Below, piece by piece: positions 29,751 to 37,457 of a stretch of 41,882 nucleotides of DNA. The stretch is from a virus. The position numbers and the translations under genes were made by a program. The notes beneath the pieces are model-generated. The model did no database searches. It was not told the origin of the DNA and saw only the letters and a program-made list of their open reading frames with translations. The stretch lies in IMG/VR virus record IMGVR_UViG_3300029331_000006; one strand, 5' to 3'. How positions within the stretch are numbered: the stretch's first letter is position 1; each line of letters starts with the position of its first letter.

Positions 29751-31312
29751 TTTACACACCTCTTTACCAATTCCAATAACCGCTTATCTTTTACAATTCC
29801 CTTTTTCTCTTGTAACAGCACTTCCGCAATTAATTCATTTAATTGTCTGTTGCCCTCTCTTTTCAATCCATCTTTTGCATTTCGACTAACAGTATTTGAC
29901 ACATAAGAATAATCAAGTCTTTGTTGTTCCTTTACGTATTTCCGCAACTCTGATTCTATGTTCATTTTATTACTTTCTCCACCGTTTGTCAACACAAAAT
30001 CCCAATGTTTCTTATGGAACATTTCATGCCACAATACATCAAGCTTGTTCTCCGCGACAAAATACCCGTCTTTTAGCATTTCATTCAAAAAGCTTTCATC
30101 TGTCAATTTCTCATTGATATATAAGCGATTGTTTTTGTGACTGTATGCGGCTATACCTTTTATTGATTTTGCTATTACGATTTCTGAAACATCACCCAAT
30201 AAATCGATACTATTCTTAGTATCTATTACAAACTTTATTGTATTCTGTGCGTTCTTCGAGTTTGTTTGCGTATAAATACCGTTATGATTTTTTACAGGAT
30301 TGCATTTACATCTAACACCATCTTCATCAAATACTTTCGACAAAGACATAGTATCAGTATCTTCAACATTTTCAAGTGTTTCCTCTTCTTCCACAAAATA
30401 TCCCGTTATTGTACCACGACAACGGGTATGAAACGGCGGTGCGGTTATGCCTTGCTGATATTCGGACAGTTTAAAATGCTTTCCGTGCATACTTGCACAC
30501 TCATCGCAAATATCACTGTCCATATTCTCGTCAATCTCGTATTCGTCACACCCTGCGTCCATTATCGAACGCAATCTTGCGTCAACCATAATATGCGTAT
30601 ATTCCGTCTGATACAGTGCGGCGGAACGGCTTTTTGAAACATTCATTCTTGCAGAAATATTTTTAATCATTTTATCGGGACTGTCGCCCCTTGTTATGCC
30701 CTGTACAAGATTTGTATTAAGTTCTCTTAAAAGTTTCTGCTTATCATTCCATATTCGGTCAGAGAAGTTACTTCCGTCAAGCCACTTTTCATATATCGCA
30801 TTCTTTACCGTGTCACGGTCGAACTTTGCAAAATTAACAGCATAATCAACCGAATCGGCAATATGTTTATTTGTTGTATAATATGTATCACTGTATGCCT
30901 TTTTAAGTGATGTTGAAAATTTATCCTCTTGCTTTTGTTTCAAGAGTTCGACTTCTCCACGCATTTGATATTTGAGTGCCTCTAAACGGCTTACTCTTGA
31001 ACGCATATACTCATTATCAAGCATTGTCGTCCACTTGCCGTCTGCGTTATCAAGTGCTTTTTCTCGAAATTCTTCAAGCGACAACTTAAAGCCTTTAAGT
31101 TCGTCACGGCTTAGCTGTTTTCGCGCCTCTGCCATACTGATACCGTTTTCACCGGCATACCTTGCGTAAAACGTTTCAATCTCTTTTTTTATGCCGTTTA
31201 AGGACCTTTCATACTCTTTTATAAGTTCGCGTTCTATATCATCGGCTTTCTGTGCGTGGATTTTTAAAAGCTCACTGTTCCTCTTCTTCCAATACTCGTT
31301 CATTATGTCCAC
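29747..31312 (-). CDS. MuF-like (SPP1 gp7-like) minor head protein with a C-terminal domain of about 215 aa carrying an HExxH motif
   Basis: MuF core ends at ITAPPFHTRCRGTITGY (about aa 305). The extension contains WHEMFH at aa 428-433 (the HEMFH codons are nt 30014-30028). Confidence 0.88.
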   Translation of the reverse strand: MDIMNEYWKKRNSELLKIHAQKADDIERELIKEYERSLNGIKKEIETFYARYAGENGISMAEARKQLSRDELKGFKLSLEEFREKALDNADGKWTTMLDNEYMRSRVSRLEALKYQMRGEVELLKQKQEDKFSTSLKKAYSDTYYTTNKHIADSVDYAVNFAKFDRDTVKNAIYEKWLDGSNFSDRIWNDKQKLLRELNTNLVQGITRGDSPDKMIKNISARMNVSKSRSAALYQTEYTHIMVDARLRSIMDAGCDEYEIDENMDSDICDECASMHGKHFKLSEYQQGITAPPFHTRCRGTITGYFVEEEETLENVEDTDTMSLSKVFDEDGVRCKCNPVKNHNGIYTQTNSKNAQNTIKFVIDTKNSIDLLGDVSEIVIAKSIKGIAAYSHKNNRLYINEKLTDESFLNEMLKDGYFVAENKLDVLWHEMFHKKHWDFVLTNGGESNKMNIESELRKYVKEQQRLDYSYVSNTVSRNAKDGLKREGNRQLNELIAEVLLQEKKGIVKDKRLLELVKRCVK

Positions 31313-32642
31313 CCATTATATCGTCACTGTCGTCCTTTTCTTCCGCAATTCTCTCCATTTCCTTATCTGCGTCCTCAACAAACGGATGACGTTCGATAAT
31401 CGTGCGTTGAGATATAACACCAACGCTTTTTTGTGCTATATCCGCAAGTTCGGTGTCGTTTGAAACGCTTGTCCTTGTCCACGTCTGCGTGACATTTTCA
31501 CAAGCGATACCGCTGTAATTGCATATCGCTTTGATGAGTTCTTCAAACCCACTCCTAAACTCCATTTCCGCCATACCGGCTTTAAGTTCAAGCAATGAAT
31601 ACAAATATTTCAATGCCGTACCCGATGAATTACCGAAGTTCTGCGGATCGGGATCAATACCTTTACCCTGTTCAAAAATACTCTTGCGTGTCATTTGGAG
31701 CATTTTCTCTCTCGCTTCTACCGGAATATCAATCGTCAAAGTCGAAAGTCCTCCGCTTGCTCCGTCCTCCGAATCAAGCTTAATAGTCTTGTACTTCTTG
31801 AGCTGTGTCAAAAACTCCGAAAGGCTCTCGCCCTCATACCCGCTGAGTACAAATATAATCTCCTGTATATCTTCAAGGTCGTTTATAAATCCGCTGTAAG
31901 TTTTATCGTATGTATCAATAAGTCCTTTTATTGGTGTAAGGTCATCACGATGAAAGCCGTTATTGAAAAACGGAATAAACGGTACACGTCCGAAGTTATG
32001 ACTGTACACGTTACATACAGTTCCGTTTGTTTCAACGTCGTACACGTTGAACATATTATACATTTCAAGCCGTTCAAGACCGTCGCCAATCTTCTTACGG
32101 AATACACTGCATTCCTTATCAGTCCAATACTCATAAACGTGGTAAGTGTCACCGTTATCGTCAAGCTCTTGATATGTTCTGAAACACGCCGTAAGTTCGT
32201 GTTCCAAAGTATCGCTCCATATCGGTATAACTTGCTTGCTGTCTATAACGTCGTACTTAAATCCGTCATTATCCCAGTAGTGAATCCAACCCAAACCCGC
32301 ATTTGACGCATTTATTGCAAGTCTTGAACATATTTTCGTGTATCGACTGCCGAGTATATTGCTTATTTTCTCATTCGCCGATTTATTCCCGACATCAAAT
32401 AACGGCGGTGATGTAAACATATACGCCGCTTTTTGGTCTACAAGCAATCCGTGAAAATTAGACGGTATTCTGTTGTCCGCATTCCTCAAAGGTTTTTCGC
32501 CGTCACTGTGCGTCATATGCAGAATGTCATTATCGTTCAGATAATATCGTTCCGCCGTCTGCACTCTTGATATAAAATTTTCGTGTCCGGGTATATATTT
32601 CTTTATCAGTTTCTTTACTGTTTCCAAATCCAATTTTATCAC
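31272..32642 (-). CDS. portal protein (SPP1 gp6-like)
   Basis: 456 aa, acidic C-terminus, follows TerL. Confidence 0.92.
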   Translation of the reverse strand: MIKLDLETVKKLIKKYIPGHENFISRVQTAERYYLNDNDILHMTHSDGEKPLRNADNRIPSNFHGLLVDQKAAYMFTSPPLFDVGNKSANEKISNILGSRYTKICSRLAINASNAGLGWIHYWDNDGFKYDVIDSKQVIPIWSDTLEHELTACFRTYQELDDNGDTYHVYEYWTDKECSVFRKKIGDGLERLEMYNMFNVYDVETNGTVCNVYSHNFGRVPFIPFFNNGFHRDDLTPIKGLIDTYDKTYSGFINDLEDIQEIIFVLSGYEGESLSEFLTQLKKYKTIKLDSEDGASGGLSTLTIDIPVEAREKMLQMTRKSIFEQGKGIDPDPQNFGNSSGTALKYLYSLLELKAGMAEMEFRSGFEELIKAICNYSGIACENVTQTWTRTSVSNDTELADIAQKSVGVISQRTIIERHPFVEDADKEMERIAEEKDDSDDIMGGHNERVLEEEEQ

Positions 32643-34034
32643 CTACTTTAAAATTGACAGTCCGCCTTTTTTCCTGTTCATCATCTCTGCAATACCTGTT
32701 GTTGCGTCGGGTGCGTCGTCGTGCTTGTTCTTGCCCTCACGCTGATATGTCGTCATCGCCTTATAGTATTCGGGAAAACGTATGTGCCAGTCGCAAGGAA
32801 AATATATATGCTCCATTACCCAAGTGCTGTTGGATAATATTCGTGCCTCTTTGTTATTGCTTTGGTGAAACCATTTCACCGTTGTAAAATTACTGCCGTA
32901 TTTTTCGGCAAGTATTTCTCTTACACGTCTTGCAAACGAACGTCCGCCGTTGTTGCTTTCAATCTTTGCAAGATTTACGTTGTTATCGTATAATCTGCGT
33001 GCCGTTTCGCCCTCTGTAACCTCCATAGGCTCGTCGGTATAATACACGTCTATGACGTATACTTCTTTGCCGTATATACCGTATATTATGTTGCAGAGAT
33101 AGTCCGCACCTGTATCGGCGGTATCGCAATATGATTGTATTTGCGTAATCGGCGGTAAGCTGTCGTATGTTTTAAGCGTTGTGTAGAGTTTGCCTTGCAA
33201 ATCAATCGGCTCTTGCTGATAATTCGCACTTGCTATGTCCGCACCCATTGCCTTAATCTTTAAGTCATAACTGCTCCGTGACAAGATTTCGTCACAAAGC
33301 ATATTGCCGTCATCACAAACGGCTTTCATCGTGATTACTCTGTGCGATATGTTGTTGTCGCTGAAATACTCAATCGCACGTCCCGCAAGGTCGCCCGATG
33401 CCCATCGTGTCATTATGATGATTATCTTGCCTTTTTCTTCAAGTCGTGAAAGCATTGTGTTCGTAAACCATTCCCAATGCTTTTCTTTGACTGTTTCGTT
33501 GTATGCCTCCTCGGCATTTTTGATAAGGTCGTCGATTATAAGTAAACTCGCTCCGAAACCTGTCGCAGTACCGGACGGCGATGTGGCAAGATAGTTGTTG
33601 TAACCGCCCTCAAGGCTCCATAAGTTCATCGCTCCGTCGCCTTGCTTTATCCTCACATTCGGAAATATGTCACTGTAAATAATCTTTTCCGTATCGGCTT
33701 TTTCTTCTTGAATGGCGTTACGCACCGCTTTTGAAAAGGTGGTTGATAACGTTTCATTGTATGAGCCGGTCATTATCTTTTCACTTTGATTTCTGCCGAG
33801 TACCCATTCGACAAACATTGACGCAGTACGGCTCTTGCCGTGACGCGGCGGTAAATTGATAATCAATGCGTTCTCGTCACTTTCGTAAAACGATTGCATT
33901 TCATTGCATAACCGTACAAGAAATTCTCGCTCCGGCTTGTAGAATAACGGTGCGGTTAAATGGCAAAAATAAAAGAACTCGCGTCGTGCAAGTTCTTTCT
34001 TCGCCTCAAGCATTATTAAATTTTTATCCATCAC
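32643..34034 (-). CDS. terL: terminase large subunit
   Basis: 463 aa. Walker A-like LPPRHGKS, and a nuclease half containing DTADTGADY. Confidence 0.93.
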   Translation of the reverse strand: MMDKNLIMLEAKKELARREFFYFCHLTAPLFYKPEREFLVRLCNEMQSFYESDENALIINLPPRHGKSRTASMFVEWVLGRNQSEKIMTGSYNETLSTTFSKAVRNAIQEEKADTEKIIYSDIFPNVRIKQGDGAMNLWSLEGGYNNYLATSPSGTATGFGASLLIIDDLIKNAEEAYNETVKEKHWEWFTNTMLSRLEEKGKIIIIMTRWASGDLAGRAIEYFSDNNISHRVITMKAVCDDGNMLCDEILSRSSYDLKIKAMGADIASANYQQEPIDLQGKLYTTLKTYDSLPPITQIQSYCDTADTGADYLCNIIYGIYGKEVYVIDVYYTDEPMEVTEGETARRLYDNNVNLAKIESNNGGRSFARRVREILAEKYGSNFTTVKWFHQSNNKEARILSNSTWVMEHIYFPCDWHIRFPEYYKAMTTYQREGKNKHDDAPDATTGIAEMMNRKKGGLSILK

Positions 34035-34401
34035 CTATCAACTTCCTTAATTCGTCAGTCGTAAGATTTGCCATAGGATTGTTTATGTCCATCGTGCCAC
34101 TGTGCGTTATTTCCTGTTTCGGTGAAAATTCATCTTTGCATTTGCGTTCAAGGTACCATAACGATAAATTAATATCACCCTTTTTTATCCCGTGTGCAAC
34201 ATTTAATTTCGACTTCATTTTGATATTGTCTTTAAGTAACTCTTTTCGCTCCGAAAACTCCTTGTGTTTCTTGCAGTAATTGTATAATGTGCTTACCGCT
34301 ATATCCGCATAAATACAAGCCTCTCGGTCACTTAACCCCATTAAAAATCCCTCTTCGAGTTTTTGGACTGTCTCTTTCGTAATCTTTCTCGGTCTTGCCA
34401 T
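34024..34401 (-). CDS. terS: terminase small subunit
   Basis: ARPRKITKETVQKLEEGFLMGLSDREACIYADIAVSTLYNYCKKH (HTH). ATG at 34401 after GGAGGTGA. Confidence 0.8.
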   Translation of the reverse strand: MARPRKITKETVQKLEEGFLMGLSDREACIYADIAVSTLYNYCKKHKEFSERKELLKDNIKMKSKLNVAHGIKKGDINLSLWYLERKCKDEFSPKQEITHSGTMDINNPMANLTTDELRKLIGDG

Positions 34402-34427
34402 GAATTTCACCTCCTGTTTTTAGATAT

Positions 34428-34457
34428 AGAAAAAGCACTACCTATGCGATAGTGCCT
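34428..34457 (-). terminator. Moderate intrinsic terminator 25 nt upstream of terS
   Basis: On the minus strand: GCACTA-9-nt loop-TAGTGC followed by TTTTTCTAT. Confidence 0.45.
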
Positions 34458-34496
34458 TATATTTTATTTTGATACAACAGTGACATCGTATTGTTT

Positions 34497-34889
34497 TTAT
34501 CCGTTGTTTGTATTGCTTTCTTCTTTTTCGGCTATCAGTTCATCTAAGACTTGCAATGCAATTCGGCATTGAGTACACTCATCTTTTCTATATATTCCGA
34601 ATGCTAATAATATAAACATCGCTATTACAGCAATAAAAAAATAAAAAATTTTGGTAACTATTGATACAAGTGTCACTGCTAATGTTATAAATGCCAAAAT
34701 AGCGGCTATTGCACTGTATGCATTGTCTTGTTTTCTGTCTTCTAATCTTGTTTCTATACGCAATCTTTCCTTTTTTAGATATTCTAAAGATTCATCAGTA
34801 TAAAATATTTTTGTGTTTTTACGATACTCGAGATATTTATTGTCGTCCGATTTATGTTTTCGTACGTGATCCCAAAATAATATTCCCAT
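34497..34889 (-). CDS. hypothetical two-TM membrane protein (moron-like)
   Basis: Hydrophobic block AIAAILAFITLAVTLVSIVTKIFYFFIAVIAMFILLAFGI. RBS GGAGGA. Followed by a terminator. Confidence 0.7.
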   Translation of the reverse strand: MGILFWDHVRKHKSDDNKYLEYRKNTKIFYTDESLEYLKKERLRIETRLEDRKQDNAYSAIAAILAFITLAVTLVSIVTKIFYFFIAVIAMFILLAFGIYRKDECTQCRIALQVLDELIAEKEESNTNNG

Positions 34890-35146
34890 AATTTTATCCT
34901 CCGTAAAAATTGTATTTGTGTATATAATTCGACAATATCACACAAAATTCCTTTTTTAGAAGAATAATTTTTTTAATATCTCCACTCCCACCAATCACAC
35001 GAGATATTCACCCATCATCTCACGACGATACACTACCTTTTTTTACGAAAATAACGAGCGGTAAGATATAGAACACAAAATATTGCACTGTATATATGTT
35101 TTGCATTATTTTTTGTTTGCTCATTCTTTTCGCATTATAAATTGTA

Positions 35147-35548
35147 TCACACTTTTTTCGGCAAATTCGGCATTTTTAAAAATTTATTATGTTTTCTTCG
35201 TGGATAACTCTCATCGTAAAGCCCTATCTTAAATGCAATCCACTGCCATGACGGCATTACGGTGCCGTCTATGTACCTGTATCGGAATATGCGACGTGTT
35301 TCACTGTCTAATATACCGGCAACAAACAATTCAATCTTGTTTTTTTGCCGCTCCAATCGTTGACGTAGTACAATATCAGATATATGTGTTGGCTCAACAC
35401 CCGACACAGAAATACAGTGCTTGACATACGGGAACTCGCTGTCAGAGCCTGTAACAGTACCATGTACTGTATTACTGTTTATCCTGTCGTTTACCTCGTT
35501 CAATTCTGCAACAATACTGCGATACTGTTTTAGCACTTCCTTTGTCAA
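35147..35548 (-). CDS. putative late-gene transcriptional regulator (sigma-70 region-4-like; RinA/ArpU/DUF1492-type position)
   Basis: C-terminal RRIFRYRYIDGTVMPSWQWIAFKIGLYDESYPRRKHNKFLK resembles a region-4 HTH. Located between the replication and packaging genes. Confidence 0.55.
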   Translation of the reverse strand: MTKEVLKQYRSIVAELNEVNDRINSNTVHGTVTGSDSEFPYVKHCISVSGVEPTHISDIVLRQRLERQKNKIELFVAGILDSETRRIFRYRYIDGTVMPSWQWIAFKIGLYDESYPRRKHNKFLKMPNLPKKV

Positions 35549-35560
35549 ATCAATTCCCCC

Positions 35561-36928
35561 TTATACACCGTATTTTTCTTTCAAACTTTCAAGCAATTCG
35601 TCTTGTACCTCGCGTTTACCCTGCAAACTGTCAAGCACACGTTTATCGACTGTTCCGTCGGTCACAAGGTGATGGATTATCACAGAATTTTTCTGTCCCT
35701 GTCTATACAATCTTGCATTTGCCTGCTGATACAGTTCCAAGCTCCACGTCAGACCGAACCAAACTATTATATTACCGCCTGTTTGAAGATTGAGTCCATG
35801 TCCCGCACCTGCGGGGTGAGCCAGTAAAAGCGGTATTTTTCCGTCATTCCAATCCCTTATATCATCAGCACTTTCAAGCTTTTTTGCACCCTTGAACTTT
35901 CTAAGTATTCTCTCGCAGTCGTGGCGATAGCTGTAAAAGCACAAAATCGGCTGACCTTGTGAGGTATCGACTATTTCCGCCAACGCCTCAAGTTTTTTAT
36001 CGCTCGTCACCTTATAACTTCCGTCGTCCAAATACATTGCACCGTTTGAAAACTGCAAAAGTTTATTTGTAAGTGCGGCGGCAGTGGCGGCGGTAACTTG
36101 ACCGTTTATAAACTCCAAATACTGTTCCTTTTCAAATTCTTCGTACAGTTTCAGCTCCTTATCTGACAGCTTTATATGCTGAACGGTATCAATCCTTTCA
36201 GGCATTTCAAGCCAATCCTCTGCCGACATACTGACGCATATATCCGAAATTTTATCATATATCGCCTTTTCCGATTCCTCTTTCGGCTTGTAACTGAAAA
36301 TTGTCGTCTGATTACGTTTATCGGGAAGAAAATATCTTTCTCGATAGCCGCTTACCGTTCTGCCAAGTCTTTCGCCGCCGTCAAGCAAATATATCTGACT
36401 CCATAAATCAATAAGTCCGTTCGGCGCAGGTGTGCCTGTAAGTCCGACTACTCTTTTAGACAGTGTTATGTATTTTTTCAGCGCCTTAAATCTCTGCGAC
36501 TTTGAACTTTTAAAACTCGACAGTTCATCAATAACCACCATATCAAAATTCCACGCATTGCCTATGCTCGACAATTCGTTTGTGAGCCACGCAACATTTT
36601 CACGATTTATAATATAAATATCTGCGTCCTTTAAAAGTGCGTTACGTCTTTGGCTCGGAGTACCGAGAATTTTCGATATTCTCAAATGTCTTAAATGGTC
36701 CCACTTCTCGCACTCTCTGCTCCAAGTATCTTCCGCCACTCTCAGCGGTGCTATAACAAGCACTTTTTCGATTTCGTAACAGTTATAAATCAATTCATCA
36801 ATCGCCGTAAGCGTCACGACCGTTTTACCAAGTCCCATATCAAGGAACAATCCGACGCGCGGTGTAGAGATAATTTTATCCAACGCAATCTGTTGGTACT
36901 TATGCGGTTTAAATTTCAAAACTCTCAC
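35561..36928 (-). CDS. SNF2-family helicase
   Basis: GLGKT (motif I), DELS (motif II), and C-terminal helicase motifs (QANARLYRQGQ). Confidence 0.92.
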   Translation of the reverse strand: MRVLKFKPHKYQQIALDKIISTPRVGLFLDMGLGKTVVTLTAIDELIYNCYEIEKVLVIAPLRVAEDTWSRECEKWDHLRHLRISKILGTPSQRRNALLKDADIYIINRENVAWLTNELSSIGNAWNFDMVVIDELSSFKSSKSQRFKALKKYITLSKRVVGLTGTPAPNGLIDLWSQIYLLDGGERLGRTVSGYRERYFLPDKRNQTTIFSYKPKEESEKAIYDKISDICVSMSAEDWLEMPERIDTVQHIKLSDKELKLYEEFEKEQYLEFINGQVTAATAAALTNKLLQFSNGAMYLDDGSYKVTSDKKLEALAEIVDTSQGQPILCFYSYRHDCERILRKFKGAKKLESADDIRDWNDGKIPLLLAHPAGAGHGLNLQTGGNIIVWFGLTWSLELYQQANARLYRQGQKNSVIIHHLVTDGTVDKRVLDSLQGKREVQDELLESLKEKYGV

Positions 36929-37193
36929 CTCTTAACAATTTATCAACTTTGTCCTTCGTGTCAATCACATAAACGTGAAAACCGATTTTTTCAAAAAGTC
37001 GGTGTACGGCGGTTTGTAATTTTCTCGGCTTTCCGTTCGGCCGTTTAAGTTCTGCGAAGTATATCGTACCTTTCGGAATCATAACAATCCTATCCGGTAC
37101 ACCCGCCATACTCGGCGACACAAATTTCAGTGCCAAACCTCCCATTTGCTTAACTTGCCTTACTAAATATTTTTCAATGTCCTTTTCTATCAT
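36909..37193 (-). CDS. VRR-NUC domain nuclease
   Basis: GVPDRIV ... FAELKRPNGKPRKLQ (PD...ExK). Confidence 0.88.
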   Translation of the reverse strand: MIEKDIEKYLVRQVKQMGGLALKFVSPSMAGVPDRIVMIPKGTIYFAELKRPNGKPRKLQTAVHRLFEKIGFHVYVIDTKDKVDKLLRGESFEI

Positions 37194-37235
37194 TTTCCAC
37201 CTGTTCTTTCTGCGGTAACTCTAAAACAGTTTTTC

Positions 37236-37310
37236 ATATACTTATACGCGTATATACGCGTTATGTGTGTATATATCTATTTGTAGTATATATATGTATA
37301 TAATATATAG
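37236..37310. promoter_or_regulatory. AT-rich tract with a TATACGCGT tandem repeat (candidate DNA unwinding element)
   Basis: TATACGCGTATATACGCGT followed by TA-rich sequence. Confidence 0.45.
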
Positions 37311-37314
37311 AATT

Positions 37315-37450
37315 AAAGTTACCAAAGTTACCTATGTCTTAAGCCCTTGTTTTTACTGCGTTTTTTGGGTAACTTTTAAAAGTTACTTAAGTTTACCAAA
37401 GTTACCTTGAAAGTTACCTTTTCAAATAAAGGTTACCTCTAAAAGTTACC
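37315..37450. repeat. Iteron array: about 9 copies of AAAGTTACC-like 9-mers (one inverted); candidate origin of replication
   Basis: Copies at 37315, 37324, 37367 (inverted), 37378, 37389, 37398, 37409, 37428 and 37441. Confidence 0.6.
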
Positions 37451-37457
37451 CCATATT

